In this document: piece by piece, positions 1-12,347 of the stretch
Layout: every line of letters begins with the position of its first letter
Numbering within the stretch: position 1 is the stretch's first letter
DNA from: Octopus sinensis
Taxonomy: Eukaryota
Assembly (NCBI RefSeq): GCF_006345805.1
Contig: NC_043015.1
Coordinates: forward strand, 1,488,001 to 1,552,000
DNA: 64,000 bases
Direction: 5' to 3'
The notes under the pieces: model-generated
Databases searched by the model: none
What the model saw: the letters and a program-made list of their open reading frames with translations, nothing else
What the model was told of the DNA's origin: nothing
Program-made: the position numbers and the translations under genes

Positions 1-930
1 AGGTCCCAAAGCAAGCCACGGCGTACACATTCTTATGAATACACACAGCTATTGGCATACTGATTCTCACACTCATACATACATACATACATACATACAT
101 AAATACATACATACATACATACATACATACATACATACATACGTAAGTGCATACGGACATTCATACATGTATACATAGTAGTTATAGAATACGTATATTC
201 ATACGCGTAAACATACATACACATACATACAAATACATAGACACATACACATATGCATATTGATGCCTTCGTGATGTGTGTAGTTAGGTGATGACACGGG
301 TGGCGATGTATGAGAGCATAAATGCGTGTATATCTGTATGAGCATGTGGGGGTTTGGCTCATGTGCATATTACATATATTTTTCAGTGTGAGGGTGTGTA
401 TGCATGTGCCTATATACACGTATTTGTGGAAATGTAGAGTAAAATGTGTCCTGTTTGTGTATACGTGAGCACATAGACACACAAACACACACATACACAC
501 ACACACACACACATTTATGCATAAAATCATTCATACATACAGACGGACATACATATATACATACATACATATATACACACACACATATTTGTGTTCGTGT
601 TGGTGGGTGCGTTTCTGCGTGTAGATATACGTGTTTATGTGTGTGGCCTGTGTTGTAGGTGCTTGTGTGTGTGTGTGTGTGCTTGTGTGTGAGTGTGTGT
701 GTGTGTGTTTGTGTGTGTGCATGTGTGTCTATGTGTGTATGTGTGTTTATGTGTGTGGCCTGTGTGTATGTGTGTTTATGTGTGTGGCCTGTGTGTACGT
801 GCTTGTGTGTGTGTATGTGTGTGTGTGAGTGTATGTGTGTGTGTTTGTGTGTGTGTGTTTGTGTGTGTTTTGTGTGTGCGTGTGTGCGTGTGTGCGTGTG
901 TGTGTGTGTGTGTGTATCAGTGTACATGAA
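1..930. repeat. Compound microsatellite block (TACA)n/(CA)n/(TG)n
   Basis: Directly visible di- and tetranucleotide runs; the HT- and CV-rich ORFs here are their translations. Confidence 0.95.
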
Positions 931-1329
931 CTACAAATGACGTATTTTTCTATTGAACTTGTTTGCTAAATCTGTCTCGCCTGATTAAATCACACGAGGG
1001 AGAGAATGAATATAAATAAATAAATAAATAAGGGAACCCTTTTTCTAGTGCCCCCTTTTGCATAAGGGGGTGGTTTGTTTCCTCTTACAGGAGCACTATT
1101 GCTGTTTTATATCTTTTTATATCTTTTTATACATTTTTATAGATTAAAAAAATTTTTTTTTTTTCTTTTAATTGCTGGTTTACATAGAAATTGTATGGAG
1201 AGGCAGAGACAGAGAGGAGACAGCAGAAGAGAGCAATCTTAACCCGTGCCGCACCCTAAAGAGGTGCGTGGAGACGCATTCTTACATCGAACTACACGCA
1301 CCGAACACAACACATACACATACATACAT

Positions 1330-1364
<35 letters not shown>

Positions 1365-1885
1365 TACACGCATATGTATGTATATATGTATGCATGTATC
1401 AGATGATTCTGCATGTGTGTGTGTATTTTGGTTTGTTTGTATGTATGTATGTATGTGTTAGTAACTTTGTCGTGCTTGCGTGTATATATATATATGTAAA
1501 ATAACAAAATAATAAATAAGACATATACATATACATACATGTATGTACATATAAATATATATATATATATACAAACATATATATATATCTGTGTTTATAT
1601 ATCTAAGTATGTGGCTGTATACGTATGCGACTAATGCACGTGTGTACGCCTGTGCATGCGTGCATGTGTTGTGTGTGTGTGTGTGTGTGTGTGTATACAC
1701 GCGTGTGTGTCTATGTGTTTATGTATGGATATGTCTGTGGTTGTGGATCGTGACTGTATAAAACATGAATATGTATGCGTCTTTATATGTATATGCATAC
1801 ATAATTGTATATGCATACATATATGTATGTGTGTATATTACTATGTAGACAGACATGATTGCACGCAGTATAACATATATACCAA

Positions 1886-1992
1886 AGTAGTGCGCTGGCA
1901 GAATTGTTAGCAAACCGCACAAAATCTTCACGCCACATACTTTCGGTTATACTTTCTGAGTTCAACTTCCAGTGATGCCGAATTTAATTTTA
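1886..1992 (+). mobile_element. Degenerate 5' head of tRNA-derived SINE family A
   Basis: GCTGGCAGAATTGTTAGCA...TTCTGAGTTCAACTTCC aligns by eye to the intact family A head at 11862. Confidence 0.5.
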
Positions 1993-2272
1993 CCACTTGG
2001 TATCGATAATATCAGAACCAATGGAGTCCTCGTGTCAATGTAATCGATTACCGCCATCCCACATGATTCAAGGCCTTCTACCTATTGCCGGGCATTGTTA
2101 TACATTTAGAATTTTATATAACTGCTCTAACGAATATATTTGTGTGGTTTATAAGTACGTTTTGCAATCTAAACATACCGGTTTCAATCTCACTCAATTT
2201 TATTTTGGACAAGTGTCTTTCACCATAATTCCGTCAACCCCATCCACCATCTTAGCGTACTTATTATCGCGG

Positions 2273-2490
2273 ATACCTATTTCTTTATTACCCACAAGGG
2301 GCTAAACACAGAGAGGACAGACAAGGAGATTAAGTCGATTACATCGACCCCAGTGCGTAACTGGTACTTAATTTATCGACCCCGAAAGGATGAAAGGCAA
2401 AGTCGACCTCGGAGGAATTTGAACTCAGAACGTAACGGCAGACCAAATACGGCTACGCATTTCGTCCGGCGTGCTAACGTTTCTGCCAGC
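2273..2490 (-). mobile_element. tRNA-derived SINE family A, monomer
   Basis: Reverse complement matches the copy at 11862-12092: GCTGGCAGAAACGTTAGCAC head, GAGTTCAAATT B-box-like motif, GCCTTTCATCCTTTCGGGGTCGATAAATTAAGTACC core. Confidence 0.9.
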
Positions 2491-2783
2491 CGTGTGGAAG
2501 TACGTTGGTTGTTTGTGCCGGTGTTACAAATGTACAGGCACACCAAACACTACATCACGCTGATTCTGGCTTTGAATTACTTGAAGCCAAAGAGATTTGA
2601 TGTAATGAAATAGTTACAGGGTAATTTATTAAGTGCTCGACGTCCATAAATCATCCTTCATTTCGATTTATTCACATGTACCGCACACACAAACACTCAA
2701 AAGTATGTCCATATGAAAAAAAATAACATTTCCAGTCATCCACGATCTCTCAGAAAAGTCTATGATATTCACATTGTGATATA

Positions 2784-3174
2784 CGAGCAATACACCCCAC
2801 CCCGTCCAATGGACGGTGCTGAGTTGTCAAACATCTAAACCCGATTTTCTCAAAAGAACTTGTCCGACCGTCCCATAAGCCTCCCCTTTGAGAAACACTA
2901 ATTTAACCTGAATTTGAGGCAGTGTGCATTTTTCTCGCGTACGCGTTGTTTCGATCGCAACAGCTGATGTACTTGCACGTACAAATGCACGTTTCCACGC
3001 CTTTATCGATCGCATTCTCACCTGGAATCGATTTTTGTAATTTTTTCAAGACTTATACACGCCCTGACAACGTCGGTATCTACATATCAAATTTGAGCGC
3101 AATCGGATGGTGGATGCCCGAGTCCCTAGAAGACACACACACACAGACAGACAGAACGGATTTTATATAATAGA
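2784..3174 (-). mobile_element. Non-autonomous Helitron-like element (degenerate 3' end)
   Basis: Minus strand starts A|TCTATTATATAAAA with a TCTGTCTGTGTG tract like the 21758 and 44090 copies. A perfect 7-bp hairpin CCGTCCA-A-TGGACGG (2802-2816) lies ~14 nt from a CGAG at 2784 that replaces CTAG. Flanks are A|T. Confidence 0.6.
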
Positions 3175-3197
3175 TTATTAATATTATAGGCTATCAA

Positions 3198-3337
3198 TAT
3201 CCGCTGAGGTCGGCGTAGCCTTTCACTTTTACGGAGTCGATAAAATATGTACCAGTTGAACAAGTTGGGGTCGATGTAATCAACTATCCTTTTCCCCGAA
3301 ACTGCTAGTGTTATGTCAAAATTTAAAACGGTTATTA
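3198..3337 (+). mobile_element. Degenerate SINE family A fragment
   Basis: GAGGTCGGCGTAGCCTTTCAC...GTCGATAAAATATGTACCAGTTG...GGGGTCGATGTAATC resembles the family A core. Confidence 0.6.
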
Positions 3338-3684
3338 CAGGCTGTCGATAAGGAAAGGTTAGGTTAAAATTTTCTGCCGCACCAATTATTAACTGATATA
3401 CTTCAACTGTGTGACAGCGTGAGTGCTTGTGAAAGCGGGAGCGTGTTTATGTATACAGATATGGCTAATTATCGTTATATTCATAAATTTGCGTAATAGT
3501 TGCCTGATCATAGTTTTAAACGTAACATCATTTCGTCCATTGTACATTTTAGCCATTGTTTTCTGTGCTCGATTTGCTCGTAAATGAGCCCCAAATTTGG
3601 AAACTAAATCCTTATGAAATAATCGGAGTTAGATTAATTCGATTCGACTCTCCATAGTTTCGGACAGTGAAAGTATATGTTGCT

Positions 3685-4140
3685 TACATCGATCCCAGTG
3701 CGTAACTGGTACTTAATTTATCGACCCTGAAAGGATGAAAGGCAAAGCCGATCTCGGCGGAATTTGAACTCAGAACGCCAGGCGAAATGCTTAGCCGTAT
3801 TTCGTCTGCAGTTACGTTCTGAGTTCAAAATCGGCCGAGGTCGACTTTGCCTTACATCCTTTCGGGGTCAATTAAATAAGTACCAGTTATGCTCTGGGGG
3901 CCGATGTAATCGACTTAATCCGTTTTTCTGCCCTTGTTTGTCCTCTCTTTGTTTAGCTCCTTCTGGGTTGTAAAGAAACAGGTATTTCGTCTGTCTTTAC
4001 GTTCTGAGTTCAAATTCCGCCGACGTCGAATTTACCTTTCATTCTTTTGTGGTCGATCAATTAAGTACTAGTTGCGATCTAATCTACAGGCCTCCTGCCC
4101 CAAAATTTCAGGCCTTGTGCCTATAGTAGAAAAGATTTTT
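3685..4140 (+). mobile_element. SINE family A dimeric copy with a 5' fold-back (inverted) segment
   Basis: 3685-3777 is the reverse complement of 3815-3908. The plus-strand body repeats at 3797 and 3982 (185-bp period) and ends in the CCCCAAAATTTCAGGCCTTGTGCCTATAGTAGAAAAG tail. Confidence 0.85.
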
Positions 4141-4626
4141 TAGTAATAGCAGCAGACACAAAAGCAGCACCACTGAAGCCACAACCACCACTACCACCAC
4201 TACCATACGCCCTCGTGTACCTTTTTCTTTTTTCGTGTTTTATATCTACTTTACCGACCCATAGATGCCGCATCACAAATAAATTATTCGTTCATCACGC
4301 ATCGTTTCCCCTCGAGTAACCCATGATGAGTATGTGTGCATCTGTCTCCTTGTACCCCTCCTATAATCTCATCTATAAATAATTATCACCATTGCCCCTA
4401 TATAAACTTTCTAAAAATCTCAAATAACATAAAAACGGTGGCTGATACCCCTATAACGCTTTGTTGTTCATTTCTTCTTGCTATTTTAATTCTTTCATTT
4501 ATTTCTTTATCTAATTATTTTCATAACCTCGAGTAATTTAATATATATATATTTATTTATTTATGTTACTAAAATTTTCCGGGATACACAACGTCGATGA
4601 AATACAACTGAAAATTCCTCAACACA

Positions 4627-4684
<58 letters not shown>

Positions 4685-5003
4685 CGCATACATACATAAA
4701 CAAATGTACACATGTTTACAGACATACAAACATACACATGTATATATACATATATAGATAGATACAAAAATTCTATAATTATAAGCATAATTATAATTAG
4801 GGATCAATAAAATTGCTTCACCACATACCGAAGATGGGAGTATTGCTGTATGGGAGATATGTTATGGTAGTTGAAGAGTATTTAACTGCTATTTCTAAAT
4901 TTGTACTTTTCAGTAGGTGAGATTATATTCATCGGAATAAAAATAATATATTATATCTGTGTATATATATAATATATATATTATATATAATAATATATAT
5001 ATA

Positions 5004-5198
5004 ATCGTTGGCGATTTTTTTTTCCTTCGTCTTCGCTTCTTTGGATCTTTCCTTTTCCTATGTTTCTGACGAAGAGCTCCGCTCGAAACGTTAAACCCTC
5101 CCCCTTCTTTCCTGGGCGTCCAATAATACTATACTTGTTCCACGTCGTCGCGTTGTTGTGTTTTCCCTTTGTGTTTTCATGTTTGGATTAACTTTATA
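5004..5198 (+). mobile_element. Short Penelope-like (pLTR/retrozyme-type) repeat carrying a hammerhead motif
   Basis: Starts ATCGTTGGC immediately after (TA)n, as the 58247 element starts ATCGTTAGC after (GA)n; contains CTGACGA...GAAACGT; runs into the N gap. Confidence 0.6.
5062..5096 (+). ncRNA. Minimal type I hammerhead ribozyme (intact core)
   Basis: Stem I GTTT (5062-65)/AAAC (5093-96); core CTGACGA (5066-72) plus one extra A; stem II GAGC-TCC-GCTC; GAAA (5085-88); palindromic ACGT helix III; GUU cleavage triplet. Confidence 0.7.
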
Positions 5199-5298
5199 NN
5201 NNNNNNNNNNNNNNNNNNNNNNNNNNNNNNNNNNNNNNNNNNNNNNNNNNNNNNNNNNNNNNNNNNNNNNNNNNNNNNNNNNNNNNNNNNNNNNNNNN
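5199..5298. other. Scaffold gap (100 N)
   Basis: Exactly 100 N; true distance and continuity across the gap are unknown. Confidence 1.
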
Positions 5299-5420
5299 AG
5301 AAGAAGAAGAAGAAGAAGAGGAGAAGAAGAAGAAGAAGAAGAAGAAGAAGGAGAAGAAGAAGAAGAAGAAGAAGAAGAAGAAGAAGAAGAAGGAGAAGAA
5401 GAAGAAGAAGAAGAGAGAGA
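5299..5420. repeat. (GAA)n microsatellite
   Basis: Directly visible. Confidence 0.95.
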
Positions 5421-5863
5421 AAGAGAGACATTGAAGAATGGATTAAGAGCAAAATAAATGTAAAATACACTGAATTATTTTTGTTGCATGTACACGTGTG
5501 TGTGTGTGTGTATCTATGCTCGAACGAATGTGTGTACGTATATAAATATATATGTGTGTGTCTGTGAGTGTGTGTGTTTGCGTGTATATAGATATACATA
5601 TATATATACGTATATATATATAGTACAATATGTATTTATATATGTTTACATATAGTCATAACATGTATGTATATGTATCTATGTAAACATATATATATAT
5701 ATACACATACATATATATATAATAGTATATATATATATAATATATATATGCCATACACATGCACACACATATGTATATACGTGTATGCGTGTGTATGTGT
5801 GTGTATACATATATATATAAAGATGCGTGCATACATATATGAATAGATATGCACTCGCAATAT

Positions 5864-5946
<83 letters not shown>

Positions 5947-6289
5947 ATATATACAAATATGCACTATGCAACGATGGGAGGGTGCAGCCAGCTAAATTTG
6001 TGTGCAACATGAGTAGCTAATTCATCTTTAATGACTTTGGTCTTCAATAGGCTTTCGGTTCTTTTGTTGCTGTTGAAATTCTATGTTGCATCCGTTTCCA
6101 CAGACACAGATGACGCTTCACGATCCGACCACTTTGCACGAAATTCTAAACTCAGAAATATGAGATCGCGCGAAACCTATTCATTACCACAATGCATTTC
6201 GTCTTGTTGATTATTTCTGTTCCTCATGTTTTTGTTGTTGCTCTTGGTGTCGAAGTTGTTGTTGCTGTTGTCGATATTATATTGTTTCT

Positions 6290-6741
6290 TCTTCTTATTC
6301 TTCTTTGTCTTCTTCTTCTTCTTCTTCTTCTTCTTCTTCTTCTTCTTCTTCTTCTTCTTCTTCTTCTTCTTCTTCTACTTCCTCTTCTTCTTCTTCTTCT
6401 TCTTCTTCTTCTTCTTCTTTCTTATTCTTTCTTGCTTCTTCTTCTTCTTCTTCTTCTTCTTCTTCTTCTTCATCTTCTTCTTCTTCGTCTTCTTCTTCTT
6501 CTTCACCTCCTTGAGATCCTCTTCCACCTCCTCCTCCTCCTCATCCTCATCCTCCATCAACATCCTGATCGTCGTCGTGGTCATCATCGTCATCATTATC
6601 ACCACCACCACCATTACCACCACCATCACCACCATCATCATCATCATCATCATCATAATCGCCATCATCACCATCAAGGTAATCAGGCCTTCATCTCCTC
6701 CTCCTCCTTCCTTTTCTACTTCTCCTCCTCTTCCTGCTACG

Positions 6742-6781
<40 letters not shown>

Positions 6782-6960
6782 TGTCATCATCACCTTCATC
6801 GTTATCGCTTTCCTTTTTCTTCTTCTACTACTACTACTACTACTACTACCACTTCCTCCTCATCTTCCTATTCCCCTTCTTATTGCTCCCCCTCCTCTTC
6901 GTCTTCCTTTTCTTCTCCTTCTTATTCTCCCCCTCCTCCTCCTGCTACTTTTCTCTCCTT
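6290..6960. repeat. Compound trinucleotide block (CTT)n/(CCT)n/(CAT)n/(CAC)n/(CTA)n
   Basis: Directly visible; explains the 295 aa and 253 aa homopolymeric ORFs. Confidence 0.95.
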
Positions 6961-7245
6961 CCTCCCCTCCTATCCAAGTTGACTTAACGTTGATGCTCTC
7001 TATTACATTGAGCAAACGCGTTCACGTATGCATATGCGAGTATATGTACTCTTCTCTATGTACGCATGTACTTAGGTAAGTATACACCAGTATGCGCGCT
7101 TGCATGCGATTGTGATATAACATATGAGCATCTTGGTTATTAAAGTCTTGTTATTGCATACCCGTTAATATATTTGCTATATGTATTGATAGTATGTTGG
7201 AATACGTCATGTCGTCATATGCATGTATGAGTATATCCATATATA

Positions 7246-7342
7246 TCTCTCTCCATCCGCTCAGTCGAAGTCGACTCTCGGTCACTCGTTGGATCAGTGT
7301 CCTCCAGTAGAGTCCTATCCCGGGCCGCTTCTTTCAGATTGG

Positions 7343-7344
<2 letters not shown>
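7246..7344 (-). mobile_element. 3' end fragment of an RTE/BovB-type LINE ORF
   Basis: With one frameshift the minus strand reads LKEAARDRTL/WRTLIQRVTESRLRLSG, matching the RTE-BovB C-terminal pattern (DR..WR..I..V..SR.RL). Confidence 0.7.
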
Positions 7345-7372
<28 letters not shown>

Positions 7373-7376
<4 letters not shown>

Positions 7377-7596
7377 CTTTATTGTCCACAAGGGGCTAAA
7401 CATAGAGGGGACAAACAAGGACAGACAGAGTGATTAAGTCGACAACATCGACCCCAGTGCGAAACTGGTACTTTATTTATCGACCTCGAAAGGATGAAAG
7501 GCAAAGTCGGGCCCGGCGGAATTCGAACTCAGAACGTAACGACAGACGAAATACCACTAATCATTTCGCACGGCGCGCCTAATGTGTCTGCCAGCT
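7373..7596 (-). mobile_element. SINE family A, monomer
   Basis: Reverse complement of the family A sequence; 3' end abuts (TA)n. Confidence 0.9.
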
Positions 7597-7965
7597 TAGG
7601 GTAGCATAAAAAGTTAGAAACATTCCTTGCTACCTGCGGTCTAGCGAGAAGAAAAATTAGTCAATTATCCATATAAAAATACAGTGTACATTTAAACACA
7701 TACGAGATGTCCATAACAGGACATCTGACTCGCTAGAAAGAGTAGTTAAACTACAAATTACTGATAGTTGTAATTCTGAAAGGGAATGAAAACTAAAAAC
7801 ATTCAACCTATTTTTCCTGGACTATGCATAGTTTCAAGCACTCTTTTGTAAATAAAATAATTTACAATTGGCAAAGCTCTCTTCAGTAGGAAGCCAAGCT
7901 TAACATGTCAATACGAGGCGATAAAGAACATGCTTCGTGTTAATATGTTATAATTTTCAAAATCC
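7597..7965 (+). mobile_element. Old interspersed repeat, probable MITE (left TIR plus body)
   Basis: 7700-7960 aligns with 21270-21545 in the same orientation, while 7597-7670 (TAGGGTAGC...GCTACCTGCGGTC) aligns with 21570-21643 in inverted orientation. Confidence 0.5.
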
Positions 7966-9026
7966 ACCGCGCACGCGCGGTTTTTCGGCAGCAAATACAA
8001 GTGCCGATTTTCTTTCAAAATTAGCCAAAAAACATTTTATCATTAATTAATAAATCTTAGGGTAGCAAAAAATATTAGAAAGAATTTTTCTGACGTTAGC
8101 CTCGCATATATATTAATATGCTTCCTGAACGGGAGGACGGACGGGTAGAAAGTTTGAAACAGGGGAAGACATTTTGTAGACGCGTCAAAAGACGTTAAGA
8201 GCGCGTTGGCTCGGCCAAAGAACGGTGCCTTACCCCCAAATGATATAAGAATTTGGCGTATTGTTTGCCATTGGCATTCGATATTCGAATCATTGATTCA
8301 GAACCGGTGCAAGCGAGGTAAGTGACAGAATGTCATGGTGGATTTAGTGTATTTGGGGTGAAAATAGTAGTGGAGGAAGGCTGGAGTAGCAATACGTTTT
8401 TAGTTGAATGGGCCCTGTGATTTAATCAAAGACTTGCTCTTTCATGTGGCCTACAAAGAAGTTGGCATAGGTGGACTCTTTCTAATTCACATTGCGACAC
8501 CTCCGAATTTCTTATAAAATTTTCCAGAGAAAGAAAAGCAATGAATGGTTAGGACAAGCTTAGCAAAGTGTACGTGTTTTGTAGTTCTGGTTTCGTAAAA
8601 GTGAGAATGACCTCGATTTCGAACATTGCCATAAATTGATTGTTCCTTTCAAGTAAAACGTATGTGGTTTTCCAAACCGGATCTGAAACTATACTCTTTT
8701 GCACTGGACCAATCCTATTTTGTAGACATCCCATGCAATTCTCCAAAAAGAAGTAGAAGTGTACATAATTGCATGCAAAAATATCGCGGGTGTAACATCA
8801 CAAATTTCATTCTCCTAGAAAGATAAATGTGTAAAAACGGTGATTTCGTATTCCTAGCTGTTTGGTGGCTGTTCACACAAGTGACATCATGAGTCATTTC
8901 AAAAGCTTTGATTTTATGGGAGTATCAATATATGTTTGAGTTTCTGTTTATGTATGTGTGTATATGTGCGTATGTATATATATATATATATTTGTATATT
9001 TATACATAAATTGTATATAATATATA

Positions 9027-9071
<45 letters not shown>

Positions 9072-9077
9072 TAAATA

Positions 9078-9110
<33 letters not shown>

Positions 9111-9290
9111 AGTTGGAATTACTAAAAAACAGAAGACGGAGACTGGTATATAAACAGCACACAGGTGTATTAGTTTAACGCTCGTGGTGAGAAAGTCTTT
9201 TACGTATCGAGCCTTCGCTCTTCAACAGAAAAGAACACGTGAAAATAAACAAAGTGAGAATAAAAAAAGCTTTAGTGGCTAGCGGTCGAT
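9111..9290 (-). mobile_element. Penelope-like short repeat with degenerate hammerhead motif (same family as 58247-58433)
   Basis: Minus strand has CTGTTGA-A-GAGC-GAAG-GCTC-GATA-CGTA-AAAGAC and a downstream GAGCGTTAAACTAATAC segment nearly identical to that in the 58 kb copy. Confidence 0.65.
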
Positions 9291-9361
9291 CATGGCGACT
9301 GTATACACACACACACACCACACACACACACAACACACACACATACACTCACACACACACA

Positions 9362-9408
<47 letters not shown>

Positions 9409-9410
<2 letters not shown>

Positions 9411-9660
9411 AGGCAGCGAGCTGGCAGATAAGGCAGCGAGCTGGCAGAATCGATAGCACGCCGGGCAAAATGCCTAGCAGTATTTCGTCTGTCGTTACGT
9501 TCTGAGTTCAAATTCCGCCGAGGTTGACTTCGCTTTTCATCCTTTCGGGGTCGATAAATTAAGTACCAGTTTCGAACTGGGGTCGATATAATCGACTTGA
9601 TCCGTTTGTCTGTCCTTGTTTGTCCCCTCTGTGTTTAGCCCCTTGTGGGTAATAAAGAAA
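9409..9660 (+). mobile_element. SINE family A, monomer with a duplicated 20-bp head
   Basis: TAAGGCAGCGAGCTGGCAGA occurs twice (9409-9428, 9429-9448), followed by a full body ending AATAAAGAAA and (TA)n. Confidence 0.9.
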
Positions 9661-9688
9661 CATATATATATATATATATATATACACG

Positions 9689-10567
9689 CATAATGGTTGG
9701 AAAGTAACTAGGCATTAGAAATTGTTTACAGAATTTCTAGTGCCACTGAAGTCATGATGAAAATATTTTTCAAACAGAAAGCACTAATGAAATTTCTTAC
9801 TTCGTATTTTCCCGATGGCCGATCGCTTGACAGTTCAGCAGCGAGCTATGATAGCAGCAGCCTATGAAATGTGGAATTCCATTGTTTCGATTCAGAGACG
9901 GTGGCGTGCATACAAGGAGAAACATGCAACACTTCGTCCGGAGACAATAGAAAAAGCTGCCGTGCAAAGCTGATGACCACAGGATCTGTGAACGATGCAA
10001 AAGGAAGCGGCCGCCCAACCACGTCCCAATCAGCGGAGAAGGTGGCACAGTGCAGGAAATGTTTAATCGCGGCCCGCAATAATCAACACCCCAAGCAGCT
10101 CGTGAAAGTGGGCTAACAAGACACACGTTACGTACGGTGTTGCATAAAGAACTGAATTTTCGTCCGTGGAAACACCAATACGTGCAGGAGCTAAAACCGG
10201 ATGGGACGACGTGGGCCTGATAAATGGCCTCCAATAAATCCAGATCTCACTCCATGTGAATGTTATCTGTGTGGTTACACAAAAGAAGGGGTGTACAAGA
10301 CAAAACCTCGCACACTAGAGAACATAGAGACACAGATTCAGGAAATTCTCAATGATATCTCTGACGACGATTGCAGAAGGTTATTGATTCCATCCCTGCC
10401 CGTTTGAGGAAACTAGTTGAGGCCATCAGTGCTTACGTTGAACTATGAAGATTTAGTTTCATTTTCCCATGTAATAAAGAACATGCATCTTTTTTTCAAT
10501 AAATTTGTAAGAGGAATATAGATTTTCTTACAAATTTTTAATGTCAACATACTTTTCACCCACCCTG
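9689..10567 (+). mobile_element. Internally deleted Tc1/mariner-superfamily DNA transposon
   Basis: Pseudo-ORF 9815-10448: MADRLTVQQRAMI... helix-turn-helix region, GSGRP linker, ...RPWKHQYVQELKPD joined directly to WPPINPDLTPCECYLCGYTKEGVY (the WPPRSPDLTP.D.FLWG.LK motif). Right TIR ...TTTTCACCCACCCTG|TA; left TIR degenerate. Confidence 0.85.
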
Positions 10568-10619
10568 TATATATATATATATATATATGTGTGTGCATAA
10601 ACATGTAGATAGATATTTA

Positions 10620-10638
10620 AGTAGATATACAGATAGAC

Positions 10639-10716
<78 letters not shown>

Positions 10717-10800
10717 GTAAGTAGATAGATAGAAAAATAGATAGACAGACAGAAAAATACATACATACATGGATAGATTGTTAGATAGATAGATAGATAT
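10620..10800. repeat. (GATA)n microsatellite
   Basis: Directly visible. Confidence 0.95.
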
Positions 10801-11294
10801 TTCATTCACTATTACGATATTACAATTACATTATATTATACAATTCTCTCTTTCACTAATACAAAATTATATATCAGTTAGTGGTGTGTACAAAAAGGTC
10901 TTCGATGTTCACACAATAGATTAAGAACAAAGACGAACCACTTCAAAGTGAATCAGATTGATGGAGACACAAATTGGCCACAGATATTACATAGGTATTA
11001 CATAGGATAAACAAATCAAGACGGTAATGTTCTTAGATTAATCTCTCTTTCAGAACACTCAAGAATACAAAAACAGGATTAAAATAAATAAAAAGATATC
11101 TTTCATAAAAAGAAAGAAATAGAGACATTGTTTTAACAACTTTGTAGCAACACCGAATACTATGTTCTTAGAATGATTTGTGCCATATTTCCTGTGACTA
11201 ACATACGTAATTTCCTCTACGATTCCATTATGTTTTCTTGTTTACTTTTTTCTCCTTTATTCCCGGAGTCACTCGAATTAACACAAGAAAATCT

Positions 11295-11658
11295 AGAAAA
11301 TCGCAGTGACGTTGTTGATCATTTACTTCGTGTAAATATGTGTGTGCGTGTGTGTGAGTGTGTGTATGTGTATGTGTGTGTATGTGTGTGTGTGTGTTTG
11401 TGCCTGTACATAGACACACACATACATTCATAAATATGGGCTTATATTATTGTTTACTACCATAGGAATTTAGTAAATTCGTGAGAGAATATCTCAGTGA
11501 CAGTGTTGATCATTAATTTTGGGCAAATATATATGTGTGCTTGTGTGTGTGTGTGTGGTGTGTGTGTGTGTGTGTGTGCCTGTACATACACACACTCATA
11601 CACTCATACACAAGCGCTCATATTGTTGTTTACTTCATAAGAATTTAGTAACTTCGTC
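11295..11658 (+). repeat. Diverged ~190-bp tandem duplication
   Basis: CAGTGAC..TGTTGATCATT, TGTGCCTGTACATA and GAATTTAGTAA.TTCGT each occur twice about 190 bp apart. Confidence 0.75.
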
Positions 11659-11861
11659 CATGTTTAGATAAAAAACTTGTCAAATTTAAAAATCAACGTA
11701 ATCTTACCTAAACTCAAGCACACACAAACACATACACACACACACAAGCACATGCACATACACGTTCGCTCTCTCTTTCTCTTTCTTTCTTTCTCTAGGT
11801 ACACACACGTACACTCGCACACAAAACCAACACGCATACTCACAAACAAACATGTATATAT

Positions 11862-12092
11862 AGGCGGCGAGCTGGCAGAAACGTTAGCACGCCGGGCAAA
11901 ATTCGTAGCAGTATTTCGTCTGCCGTTACGTTCCGAGTTCAAATTCCGCCGAGGTCGACTTTGCCTTTCATCTTTTCGGGGTCGATAAATTAAGTACCAG
12001 TTACGCACTGGGGTCGATGTAATCGACTTAATCCCTGAGTCTGTCCTTGTTTGTCCCCTCTATGTTTAGCCCGTTGTGGGTAGTAAAGAAAT
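11862..12092 (+). mobile_element. SINE family A, well-preserved monomer
   Basis: AGGCGGCGAGCTGGCAGAAACGTTAGCACGCCGGGC head, GAGTTCAAATTCC B-box-like motif, conserved core, tail ending GTAAAGAAAT and (AT)n. Confidence 0.92.
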
Positions 12093-12347
12093 ATATATGT
12101 ATATACCTTCAGCAGCTCAGATAACGAACTTTCGTAGCTAAGGAGACGAAACAGAAAAATTATCTGAGGATACGGAACCCTGTAGATGTTGCGCATTTGC
12201 AATAAGTGCTGGATGCAGTATACAGGTAAGTTGAGGACAATAACATGCAGTTAAATGCTGGAAATTTCCAAGCCCTGCGCCATCAGTACATGAAGCTGAA
12301 TGAAAGGCAGAGAGGATTCATTTTTCCCGGTCTATACTACTGAATTA

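Noticed and set aside
33-940. Long ORFs rich in HT, CV or YI dipeptides (here and throughout the window)
   Set aside because: They are translations of (CA)n, (TG)n and (TA)n microsatellites with no domain content.
1030-1070. Two small hairpins around CTAG as a Helitron end
   Set aside because: Spacing to CTAG is atypical and no matching 5' TC end or family copy is seen.
6192-7079. 295 aa ORF with poly-L/H/I runs
   Set aside because: Made almost entirely of trinucleotide microsatellites; overlapping frames are equally open.
8300-8325. Splice donor GAG|GTAAGT suggesting an exon
   Set aside because: No convincing acceptor or reading frame upstream; such hexamers occur by chance (another lies inside the LINE remnant at ~12225).
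8549-8897. Two short minus-strand ORFs as a decayed transposase
   Set aside because: No motif I can assign with confidence.
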